This document shows, piece after piece, positions 11,606 to 23,600 of a DNA stretch of 64,000 nt. The translations under genes and the position numbers were made by a program. Where the stretch lies: NCBI GenBank assembly GCA_020137815.1, contig CM035354.1:7874001-7938000 (forward strand). The letters run 5' to 3'. The notes beneath the pieces were generated by a model. The model saw only the letters and a list, made by a program, of their open reading frames with translations, was not told the DNA's origin and searched no databases. Source of the DNA: Hormiphora californensis. Lineage: Eukaryota > Animalia > Ctenophora. Each line of letters opens with the position of its first letter. Position 1 is the stretch's first letter.

Positions 11606-13358
11606 TTAGCTCCTATTGTGTCTATTTCCCCAGCCTCTCTTGTGTGTATCTCTGTATTCGTCCCAAGCCCGGGCCTTAGCTAGCGACTCTTCTGTCTCCT
11701 CATCGGGATCCTCTGGTTCTGGGCCTGGCCTGTAGGGAGGGAGGGGAGTTATTTAGATCTGTAGTAGGGAGGGAGGGGGTGTTATTTAGATCCTGTCTGT
11801 TACTTTACAATTTACATGATGTTGTTTTTCCAGAGAACCTTGCGAGACAAAGATGAAATTGTGAGTGAAAAGTTGAGTGTTCACTCCTTACTTTTCAGCG
11901 TTATTTTGTTCATCAACTATTCTCTTCAGTTCCTTGTCGTAGTACTCATCTAATGTCATGGTGGGGAGGGAGGGGTACCCAGCACCAAACACCCTCTTTT
12001 GCTGCTCACTCTTCACCAGTATAAATGGCTTCATTGCCTGGGGGGATGGGGAGAGTGGAAAGGGGGAACACGATTAACAGAGAGACAGTTCTGGGAGATA
12101 GATCAGTATTTAACATCCCATACAACTATTTGATCCCTCAATACCTTAACTTTAGGAGGTTTGAGGGGTGCAACCTCCCCATTCCTCATTTTCTCCATGT
12201 GTTCCAGGATGGGTAGCTCACTATTGATATTGTAAACCTCATCCTCGCACCTCATTACCCATAACCTCACCATTGATATGTAGATATCCCTCTGAACCTG
12301 GAGGAACAATAATGGTGGTGTTAGAAGGACTCAATACTTATTATTGTTGAATTTTGGGATTTTAGTTATCACCTGTTGGCTGTTTGTCAGTTTGTACTCT
12401 CAAAAGTCGTTGATTGTCTTTAACTCACATCTTCATCAATGTCGTCTCGTTTTTCTAAAACAGCTATTTTCTCTTCCAATTCTTTCTTCTGCTTTGCCTT
12501 GTATATCTTTTCAGCCCGGTTGTTTTGTGTCACTGGATTACTCATTCGGTCCAGAGTCATCTCAAACGGTTTAGCAAGCTTGTACACCTACAGATGGGGG
12601 TATTATTGATAAAGTTACAGTAATATTTAATTCTCAAATCTCAATCCATTGCAGACGGCAGCCACCTTCTACACATCTTCATAGTTCATACTTATACTCT
12701 ACAGTGTTATACCTCACAGATATGGTGGAAGTCCTTGTAATACTCCCGTGCAATAAGAAGATAACTCCTCCTGCTCTGATAGTCGTAATGATGCTGGTGG
12801 ATAAACCCCTGGAACGCACTCGTTAACAAAAACCTACAGGGAGAGTGAAGTTAATAATTTAATTTGTGTGGTAATCGAACGATGAAGATTCTTCATCTTC
12901 ATTGAAGAAATATATTATTTAAAAAACTGAGCTGTGAGGAGTTGTGAGCGGTCATCCTTATTCCTTACTTGATTGACTCGGTGGATACTTCATCCATTTC
13001 TTCATTTTCTGAAAAGAGGTGAAGGGATCCCACTACTAGAGATATCCTCTCTAGAGTCTCTATAGTCGTGTCTATCAACAACTGAAACATAGTCAGGGTT
13101 GTGGGTGGTATGGTGTTTTTCATACTGTACTGCACAAGGGAGTCTGATAAAGTAATCACGACATATTAATTAAAGTCCCAAACTACAGACAAGTGGTATT
13201 GTGTTGTTCATACTGATAAATTTTATGTTCTTAAAACCTACCTTATAGTCATCAGAAGTCCTTGCATCGTGGTTCTCTATGTTCAGGAGGTTCTTCCTAG
13301 CTGTGGCGAACAGCTGAGGAAGGGTCTCCTCCGAGAGGTCTCCTATCTGTGTGCACAT
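11606..13358 (-). CDS. IGBP1: Immunoglobulin-binding protein 1 / alpha4 / Tap42 (PP2A regulator), multi-exon
   Basis: N-terminal [11 protein letters not shown], then [37 protein letters not shown] and C-terminal [23 protein letters not shown], all characteristic of the Tap42 family. Confidence 0.92.
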
Positions 13359-13564
13359 TACATGGTGTGGAGCTGCTAGAAAGAGGGAGGGATAGTGGTT
13401 TGGTGTGTAGCTGCTAGAAAGGAGGGAGAGTGGTTGGTACTTGGTAGTGGGGGGGGGGGGGTCACAAAGATAGTAAAACAGGAGGGTATTAATGCCCTTA
13501 GTGCGGAAAATAATAAAAAGTGAATAAGTTAAGTTAAAACATCCCCCGTCCAGCTAAAATCAGT

Positions 13565-16500
13565 TCACACTGCTTTCTTCTTCTTTTTCTTTTCTTTCTT
13601 CCCTGTCGTCCCCTTCTTTCCCTTCTTTTTACTCTTCTCAACAATCGATTTCATCTTCTCAGCATCCACTAACTCTTCCTCTTCCTCTGACAACTCTCCA
13701 ACATCCAGCTCCTCCCATCCCTCATCCTCTCCCTCACCATCCAACATCTCGTCATCACTACTACCCATGACGTCATTATTACTACCCATGATGTCATCAC
13801 CTTCTTCAATGACGTCACTGTCACCCTCATCACCATCCTCCTCGCTATCCTCACCATCACCTTGCAGACTCTCTCCATCAGAATCAAGGTTCTCCCACAG
13901 GAACTTCTCGTATGCTTTATCCCCCAACTTATCCTCATCTCCACTCCCATCCTCCATCTCCCCATAACTGAACTCAGACCCATCATCATCCTCATCTTCT
14001 TCATCTTCCTCTCCCTTCTTCTTCTTCTTCTTGTCAGTACCGGCCCCCAGCTTGATATCATCAGCAAAGTCCAGCTCCTGATCTTGTTTAGCACTACTTG
14101 CTGACTCCTTGAAGTACTGATAGAAGAACTGCTCATCAGCATTAATCTTATTCTCGCTCTGAGATCGGAAGTCCTTGCTGTAAACCTGGGGTTGCTCTGG
14201 TGTTGCTTTGTTCCTGTTATAAAACTTCTTATTAGCAGCTTTGATGTTCTTCTTGGGGTTTTTAAACACAAACTTGTCCAGGAATTTCATGCTGGAGAAG
14301 TCAGTGAAGGGGTCACCGTTGTAACTAATATCACCCTCAGTTAGGAGGGAGGTTACAAACTGTGTAACAGAGGGATGATAGTTTTTATGAAGGAGCAGCA
14401 ACTCCCACAACTGTTGCTTTTCAGCGTTTGAATACAGAGGGTTCCTTGCTGCAGGATCATATTTAGCAGATTTAGTTTCCTCCTCTTTCTCTGTCTTTGT
14501 AACCTCACTCTCCTTGTTAGCGGCTGATACCGCCACTAGGGAGGCACATGCTAGTGCGGGTCCCTCCAAGTTGGATATTTGGAAGAGACGCCGTGCTAGT
14601 GCCACCTTCCTACTGAGGTTGGTGTCCCTCTTCAGGGACTTGTATACCAGGTTGAGGAGGAAGGTCTTCTTGGAAGAAGTACAGATAGACACATCCAGCA
14701 GCTTAGCGTAGAGAGCCTGAGAAAGGGGGAGAGGGTTAGAAAGTGTATCTAAATTCTAAACAGGTACTAAACAACATCCCTAGTGCGACATGTTTGATCT
14801 TTCTGAATTCTGTATCATAATTTAACCCCCTACCTGATAGTATCTGTTGGTGATATCTGCATTCCTCCCAGATACCTGGAACAACAACATAAGAGCCTGG
14901 ACAGCCACATTAAAATTGCTGATGTACACCAGTTTAAAGAGAGTATCCACATTATCCCCTGTTATCCCCTCTGCAGAGTAAGGGTAAGCACGGTTAACCC
15001 CAGTTAACAGGGCTCCCAGCATCCTACTATCCACATTCTTTGCCTCAACCGACTCCTTGAAGAACGTAAAGTAGATCTGGATAAGATGAGTTGCAAAGGC
15101 ACCATCTTCAGTTGATAGTTGGAGTTGTGTTAGGAAACAGATAGCATAGTATTGGGCTCTCTCAGGGATGTTAGGTCTGAATAACACCCTCTCTATCTCC
15201 CCCGCTACTACCCCCTTCATGCTAGGGTGGGTGTTCAGCAGCTGACCCAGAATGTAGATAATCTTAGAGGCTAGTTTCTTGTCCGGGTCTCCTATCTTGT
15301 TTACCAACATCCCCAACATCTCCTTCTCTCTCTCAGGTTTCTCTTTCAGTAACTGGAAGGCCAGATTGCACATTTTAGTCCTGATAGGTACCTCTACATC
15401 CCCCATATGTGTTTTGATGACATCAAGATATTCTCCATACAGATCTTTCAACTTCTCCTCTACTAACCAGCCCAGTGCCAGCTGTGCCACTTCTTCCCCA
15501 CTGCTGAGCTGGGTGAAATCGTGCTGGGAAAACTTGAGAAGTTTCCTATCATCAGGTAACAGGACCCCCATCCACATTTCACGTAGTGTCTCCACTGCTT
15601 GTATGGACATTCTTTTACTCTTCTTCTTGGCCATTGCTTGTAGAGCCTCTAGAGAGGTGATGTGGTGCACAGGTGACTCTTGAAGGAGTAGACAGTGGGC
15701 TGATATCTGTAGGAGGAGGGTATTTAGTTGATGATTGATTGCATGCAGATAAGTGAAAAATCCTTGATATTCGAACTGGATATTGAGTGATTCACAGTAC
15801 CTTGTCATTAACAGTCCCACCAGATAGTACTGTTTTCATCCACTGTTGGTCTGAAGCCTGGTGTTTATCTCGCAGTGTCGTGGAAAGCGTCACCTGTGAA
15901 GTGTGACATGACGTGAGTTAGAACAGTGAATAATTGGAAATTGTGAGCCACACAACATAATAATAGTGATTCGAGAGAATGATTACCCACCTCGTTTGTC
16001 CATAAACTCTGGGCGTACTTTCTCCACTTCTCAACACCCTCAAATACAAGGGAACTCTTGTGGGAGTCAACCTGACTGAACCTAAACAAGGGGGAGAATG
16101 GGTTGTGAAACCTTGCTTGCAATAACTTATCTTGTTCCATTCTCTCCCTCTCTCTCTCGCCATGCCCCGGTTTGCCGTTTGAGAAAGAAAGGTTTAGGAC
16201 ATCACAAGTAACAACTTACCATGGTTCGCTGGTTTTAAAAAGTAGTTTCTCGTGAGGGGGCGGGTTTGAAGGAGCAAAAGGGCACTTTGGTTGTTGAACC
16301 TCTTCTTTCTTTTCTGTAACATCAGCTTCTTTTTCGACTATCTTCTTCTTCTTTTCCTTCTTCGGTGCCTGTAATCCGTTCGATTTCATGAACCTGACTA
16401 TCTCCCCGATGTCTAACCCTTCTGCAGTGTCTGTGATCTCCATCTCCTCAGTATCTGACACATTCTGGAGTAAGTCATAGTCTTCCTGCGTGCCACCAAG

Positions 16501-16764
16501 GTCTATCACATCTTTCAACATGAGGGCACCGCTTGGTAGTTGGCCCTCAGCATCCTGATCGGCATTCAAAACTGGAGGTTTTTCACGCTTCCTTTTCTTA
16601 GCTTTCTTCGAGATGTCTTTGGTTACTTCGGACACAGATTCAGTAGAAGTTTTTGGAGCTGCATTTTTAGCCTTTATACTGGCTATCTTCTTAACGATGC
16701 TGTCCTCAACTTTGAATTCGGCTGGTTTTTTACTGTTTTTGTTGAACTTTTTGGTCGGTCCCAT
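13565..16764 (-). CDS. CEBPZ: CCAAT/enhancer-binding protein zeta (Mak21/Noc1, CBF domain), about 5 exons
   Basis: GGTVNDK/ISAHCLLLQESPVH, KPEREKEMLGMLVNKIGDPDKKLASK, LLTGVNRAYPY, YDPAARNPLYSNAE...HKNYHPSV, FLDKFVFKNPKK, and an acidic then Lys-rich tail. Confidence 0.95.
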
Positions 16765-16967
16765 CCTGAAACGCGTGTTATTAAGATTTTACTGTGTAAT
16801 ACAAAGAATCAAATAACCCACACAGCACGAAACAGAGTATGGGCAACATCAAGGACCCAGAAAAAGAGCAGAGAAACAGCAAAAAGTGGGATAAAGTTGA
16901 AAAAAGAAGGAAAAACGGGAGGGAAATTTGAAAATTTGTCCAAAATTTCCGCGAAAATGAAATTCAT

Positions 16968-17112
16968 AGCTCGCGTACGATTTTTCCCACGTGCGCGGCT
17001 CAAATCCTGAGCTGTGATTGGTTGAAATTTCGAGCGCGCGAAATTTTAGCCAATCACAGCTCAGGATTTTAGCCGCGCACACGCCGCGCGCGTGGGAAAA
17101 ACCGTAAGAGCT
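16968..17112. promoter_or_regulatory. CpG-rich imperfect palindrome with opposed CCAAT boxes upstream of CEBPZ
   Basis: AAATCCTGAGCTGTGATTGGTTGAAATTTCG...CGAAATTTTAGCCAATCACAGCTCAGGATTT, with outer arms TTTTTCCCACG / CGTGGGAAAAA; about 200 bp upstream of the CEBPZ ATG. Confidence 0.55.
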
Positions 17113-17995
17113 TTTTATAAACAACTTTTTCCGATTTTTTTTGTGACATTTTAAGACATTTTTTGTAACTTTCATCTTTCGTGGCTCGTCAGTCGTCTTG
17201 ACATTTTCCGGCATTCGCTGCACTGGAACACTAAACAGAAACCTTTAGGTCTTTGACACAGCGTCAGGCAAAACTTTTCCGATTATTATGGTTGCCAATT
17301 TCTTTCTCGCCTCCGAAAAAAGCGGAAATCCCAACCTGATAGGTTGAACCTGTCCTACAAGAACACAGAAAGAAGTACCTCAACTAATTTATCAGTAAAG
17401 CGACTCGACTATGAACACTCTACCCACTGTACTGAACTCAGCAGAAGACCTGGCTTCTTAGTTCTTGGCTGAAGTCAGAAGAGATTTCCATTTTCCGGTT
17501 CGTGAATCATTCACCCGTACTCGGACACCCAAAACAAAACAATGATTGGATTTGGATCCAGGGAGGGGAGGCTCTGTGAGGAACTGACTAACTGTGGTAT
17601 TTATACACGAAGACGATTACAAGGTGCTCGTGGATGTTCAACACACCACTTTATTCTTGCAGACCAATTCCAAATGTTACTAGAACAATCGAAAAGTCAA
17701 AAGCACTCAAAATTTGATCAGAAACTTCTATTTGTTCAACCTTATGTAATGTGAAACATTAAAGTAAACTAGGGTTTCAAAATTTAGGGGTTAGGGAGAT
17801 GGAGGTCCTCCTAACCTACAAATGTTAAGTTAACTTATCAGCGGGTGCAAGTGTAGTAGGGCCTTTTTAGTCTGGCTTTTAGTCAGAATTTGAAGATTTC
17901 ATCCATAGCTACTAGCTAGATATAGGTCCACCCCAGACGAATTGTTCTTGTTTTTAATCTTCTTGTTCAAGTAAAAAAGATTCTCCTCGTTACTA

Positions 17996-19004
17996 GGCCA
18001 GTCATTTTTTGTCATTTTGGGGCCGTTTGGTGAACTGAGACATAACAAAGGTTTTCCACTTGCATTGTACTCCTATGGGGTCCCAGAAACACCAGAAAAA
18101 TTTTTCACTCCAACCGAGGTGAAGAAAATGCCCAAAATGGCCACGCCCTTTTTGCCTGTATTTTCAGCCTTGACCAAAAATAGCAACTTTGCTTTGGATT
18201 GGAGTAGAAACGTAAATGAGGGCACTAAAATGTGTAGAATGAGCAGCAGAATCGATTGGTACCAAGCAGAAGTCGTTATCTCATCAGGTTCGAGAGATAA
18301 TTGGATAATTAGGTATGCGCATAACCGTTTTTGAGCCATATGGCTATAGCCGCTCAGGAGCGGTTTCAGAAATTTTGCTTCACAGGAGCTTGTTCAGCAT
18401 ATAAAAATTGGTGGGGGTAACAAATATGAAGTTTTTATCGCATAAGGTCAATGAGTTATTCAACTTTAAAGATCGAAAAATGGGGGTAAAAAGTCGAAAT
18501 TTGGTCATTTTCCTTCATTTTTACCCTCATTTTTCGATCTTTAAAGATGAATAACTCATTGACCTTATGCGATAAAAACTTCATATTTGTTACCCCCACC
18601 AATTTTTATATGCTGAACAAGCTCCTGTGAAGCAAAATTTCTGAAACCGCTCCTGAGCGGCTATAGCCATATGGCTCAAAAACGGTTATGCGCATACCTA
18701 ATTATCCAATTATCTCTCGAACCTGATGAGATAACGACTTCTGCTTGGTACCAATCGATTCTGCTGCTCATTCTACACATTTTAGTGCCCTCATTAACGT
18801 TTCTACTCCAATCCAAAGCAAAGTTGCTATTTTTGGTCAAGGCTGAAAATACAGGCAAAAAGGGCGTGGCCATTTTGGGCACTTTCTTCACCTCGGTTGG
18901 AGTGAAAAATTTTTCTGGTGTTTCTGGGACCCCATAGGAGTACAATGCAAGTGGAAAACCTTTGTTATGTCTCAGTTCACCAATTAAGCAAAAAGTGACT
19001 GGCC
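17996..19004. mobile_element. Foldback/MITE-type non-autonomous DNA transposon (~1 kb near-perfect hairpin), TA flanks
   Basis: Termini GGCCAGTCA.../...TGACTGGCC, each flanked by TA. Arms of ~490 bp are near-identical reverse complements (mirror ORFs 18073-18339 and 18671-18937); spacer ~18493-18517. Confidence 0.9.
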
Positions 19005-19246
19005 TATACTTGAAAAATGGGATTGAATATTTTTTGAATTTCAAACAATTCTACATTTTAATTTGAGCTGAAGAAAATATAGTTACATTGAAACCTGTTC
19101 TTAACATTGTTCATTTCAGGCTTATCGCCATACGGTATTTTCTACATCAACTTGATGCTCATTGTCTGCTTAGTGTTCACTGCCTTTGAAAACATGTCCA
19201 CTACTTCTAGCACACACTGTCACACTTCTCACACACACTTCTCACA

Positions 19247-19666
19247 CTATGCAGCTGTTGACTGTGCCCGGCCATGCATCAGAGAGGATGATGTAGTTGG
19301 TACACAGGGTGTTGACCTCCTATTACCACCTCCACTCTTGGCTCTCAGCACGATACACACAATAGATATAGCCACCAGTACCACCACTATCATACTGATA
19401 ATACCAATCAACAGGGTCACTGAAATGTTAAATTGTTAGTACTATAGTGTGATCTACCGCCAGCAGAACACGCTCAAATCACAAATAATCATCTGTATAA
19501 TCACTCCGTATTTACCATCTTGAGTGCTGCTCTGCTCACAGCAGTGACCCACATATTTATTGTCACAGAGGCACTCAGCAGTTCGGTTGTTCCAGTATCC
19601 CCCGTTACAGCACACTGTGGTACAATTGTAGCCTTGGCACCGGTGAACTATCTGAATTACTGACAT
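19247..19666 (-). CDS. Small EGF-like-domain single-pass membrane protein (N-terminus uncertain)
   Basis: Exon ~19516-19666 CQGYNCTTVCCNGGYWNNRTAECLCDNKYVGHCCEQ splices (GT-AG) in frame to 19247-19419 VTLLIGIISMIVVVLVAISIVCIVLRAK...STAA*, giving an EGF-like Cys pattern, a TM helix and a short tail. Confidence 0.65.
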
Positions 19667-20661
19667 TCCTCCCTGGGTGTGTTATTCAATTGATAAAACC
19701 TGAATCTATATACACTGGTATAGATTCAGGTTTTATCTTTTGAATAACAGTTACAACACTGAATCAGTAACAAATAGAAATATTATGAACTACAAATCAA
19801 AAAAGGCAAAAGGTAGAAAGAATAGGACAAGTCAAAATGGCAGGCACCGATTCGTAAGAAGAAATTCATTATAGGGAATTATATAGGAAATGGAGAGGTG
19901 TCAATTATACTGTTTTTGCCACATTCCAATCCCTAATTAGGTTATTCATCGATACTGCCGTGACTTGTCAAAATCAGTACTGAGAAACATCACGATAAAC
20001 GGGAAGAACCAGAGTGAAGGGTGGTCTAATTGACTAACATACAAGAGCAATGTGTGGCAACAAGAGAGGGTTTGATACTGGGAGATATGATGAGAGAGTG
20101 AATGAGAATCCCTCAACTTCCTGGTACTATTGTCATACATCCAGTGATACAACTAACTAGCGAGACAAGAGACCTGGTCACGTTTCACAATATACGTCAT
20201 TAAATACCCAACCAATTTATTGCGTAGACCTAATTTGAGGGGGTTATTGTTTGTTTCATTGTTAGCACTCTGTTTATCCGTTATTATCCTGCCAAGTTCT
20301 GCAGTAGACAGCTTCCTTGAAATGTGGCCAGTTTTATCTGATTTCTGAATTGATAGGAAATGTAGAGAGATATGTTCAACTGTTTAATGCAATAATGTGT
20401 CGTATCTCAGTTGTTCAGTTGTTCAGAACTTTCTACTGTAATACTTGGTACTTGGTAGCTTTATCTCATACTTTGTCCAACATTCCTCCACCCAGTACTA
20501 AAGTCTAAAGTACTGTTTTTGTATTCTCGTATTGTATTGGTCCCGTGAGGCCCTTGTTAATCCCACGATATTCTAAGATATAATAAGAGGGGGCTGTTAA
20601 TTTTCCATTTTATTATTACTATCTTATAATATCTAACCACCATACCCCCTGTATTATAGTT

Positions 20662-23600
20662 ATGGCCAGTGTTGATATGAAGATACAATCAAGTTTAGAT
20701 TCAGACGTAAGTTATACACACAGACATCAGTAATACGTATATCGTGCTCTTGTGCCACTGCCATTTTCTTCATTTCTCTTTCTTCCTTTCCTCTTTATTC
20801 CACTTTCTCTATCTCTCTTTCTCTCTTCTCTCTGACTCCCTCATCAGCGGTGTTGGCCCACTCCCGTCACTCACTAACTCTGACAGTAGACGGAGGGCGC
20901 GAACCCCCTTCCCTGGTTAAACAACCCCAAGTATCGCGCAGTCAGAGTTAGCCCCGCGCGCACGTCTCTAAAGACCATTTGCAGACTGCATGCTACCGGG
21001 CACAAACTTCCGGGTTTAACGGGTTTTCCATTTCAGATTCTTGGAGAATCCAACTTGTTGGTGTCTGGCAAGTGTATGTTATGTCAAAAGGACCAGCCGA
21101 AATCAGCCAAAACAGGTAAGTTTCCTTTCTGTCTCAGCTATCCTCTCTACTCAGCTCTCTCTCTCTAATCACGCAAGCTGTGTGTATCAGCTTGTTACCA
21201 TACTCCCCCCTCTATCAACAGATGATGATTGTGACAGTCGGTTCTTCTGGGTTTGCTGCGAATGTAGACAGATCGATAACACTGATGTGTTACTTCGGAA
21301 CGATCTTAAACTGGGCAATATCTACGATATTTTGGGGAAATCTAAGGGGATACGAGCACGCTACCAATCAGAAATAGATTCTCAGGCCACGCAGGTATTA
21401 CTCCTTTAGAAGTAGTCCCCCCGAATTCCTGGAATATCTCCCCCAATTCTAAGTTGAACTAAAGTGAATATCAACTCCCCCCCTCTCTCACAGTTAATGT
21501 GGGTGGAACTGCGCCACACGGTACGGTGTATCTATAGGAAGGCAGGCACAGAGTTGGCTATTGATCACATGTTAGATGTGGAGAAGATGAAGGCCCTCGT
21601 ACACAAGTAGGTGGTATTTCCATTTCGTGTAGAATCTTAGCATTTGGATATCAGTTCTCACCCATACAATAGGCGCTGGCCCTTTTTTATTTGCATAACC
21701 CCCCTTGTCTCCCAGGTTGTGTGAGCGAGGTCCCCAGCAGCTCTACCACCAACTGGAAACACAAGGCAGGGAGTACGCAGAAGAAGTAAAGTTCCACCTG
21801 TTAGAGAACCTCCTTCTCCAACCATCTATCAGAATATCACAACACGCCAGAGAGTTCGCCCAGACACTGTTGGATGAATATGAGCAGTTAATGGTTGCTA
21901 CGGTTACACTACAGAGTTTCCTGGGGGAACTGGAGGAGGAATATCTTAGCAAGTTCGGGATAACGTGGATGTTGGTCAATGAACACCTCTTTCACCAGGA
22001 GGTAACATACTTGTTAACCCCTTGGGAGGAACAAATTGTCCCTACTTTGTCAAGAGCAAATTGTGACGTTTCCCAGAAACATTCTCCCTCTATCCCCTAA
22101 CTATGTTTCCAGGTATACTCGGACCCGATAATACAGAAGAGCTTGCCGGGTGTTTGCGTGCAACTAAAATATGGGGAGCTGCAGCAACTTCAAACAACAA
22201 ACCAAAACTCTAAATTCGAGAGTTACCAATCCGTCTACTATAGGTAAGGGGAAATAAGGCGTGAGACGTGAGTGTGGCGAAGGAAGATTGCTTTCAGTTA
22301 GCTTAAAACGAATCGGAACACTTTAAAGACAACTAATTTTGTTTTGTAAAAAAGATGGTTCATAACAATCCCCTCCCAGGGTTAAATCGTTTGAAGAACA
22401 AATGGTGAGGGTAGAGCAACAATGGATCAAAGCAGTCGTCTCCCTAGCCAGTCATGTTAACAATGAAAAGGTATTAACCTCGCATATATATTCTCCCTAC
22501 AACAAAGGCGCATATAATATCTTGATTGGCCATTTCTGTTCAAGCCCACTGTTCCCCCAATAGATAGCTGACCCCTCCCTCTTCAGATGACTAGTGAGAA
22601 GAAGCTAGACGAGTGGGAGGAGCTTCTGTGGAAACAACACAAACAGTTCATGCAGGATGAAGAAAACTCACTGAAAAAGTAAGTTATGTTGATGGTTGTT
22701 GGTCGAGTTTTTGATCTACCATTGCATTGTATTTTCTGTTTTCTCAGTGTTTCACATGGCCCGTCTCTCCTCAGGAAACTATTATCGGATGATATGAAGC
22801 TGCTCAATAAAGATGATGAAGGAGATGCTATACCATCCTCTCTCAAGGGGAAGTTCATGGCAACCCAGAAACTCCTCTCTCTGAACGCCAAAAACAGGTA
22901 ACCTTGGTAACACATCGTTTATTGAGGAAGGGGGATATGATTTCACTCCGCCCCCGATGATGCAGAGTTTTGATTGTTTTCACTGCCACACGGTTCTCAT
23001 TTCCACTACAGTCACTGTCATTTGTTCCCATTTCCACGACAACATGACCGATATTGTTTTATCACCTCTCTTCATACCTCGGTACCTTCTGAAGCACGCT
23101 CTGTCATCTCTGGCAAGGGCCTTGGTGTGTTTGTGGGAATATGCACACTCGCTGGTGAAAAGGTGCTCTCTCACGTTGTTGTTGTTACCTGCACTTGCAC
23201 TCTGTTGTCATGGAGACAGAGATCGCAGCTTCGTCTGTATTTTCACCTCTCTATTCCACCTCACTCTGCTACTATTTACCCCTTTACTCTCTCTTTCAGT
23301 TCCTCTGACACGGAGAACAATATGAACAAGTTGACACCCACTAAAGACAACAAGGAAGGGATGGAGGACAATATTCCTGCCTCCCTACTGGGACATAAGA
23401 AGTTGCTCATCAAGAGGAGTATCCCTGCTCCTCCAATGTACCAGAATAGTACAGGGGGATGTGCCGCTACTACACAGCTCAAGTTCTCTACTGAAGTCAA
23501 GGTCAAAGTGGACAAACACGCTTCAGGTATTATTATTATATAGCAATTGATTGTTCTATCACAAGAGGTTCAAAGTAAATTAGAGTGCTGCTTTTTTAAT

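Noticed and set aside
13669-15683. Long alternative-frame and antisense ORFs over CEBPZ (similarly 24819-25517 over FAM193)
   Set aside because: Shadow ORFs of low-complexity coding sequence with no independent motifs.
18017-19044. Four ORFs forming mirror-image pairs
   Set aside because: By-products of the foldback element; no transposase motifs.
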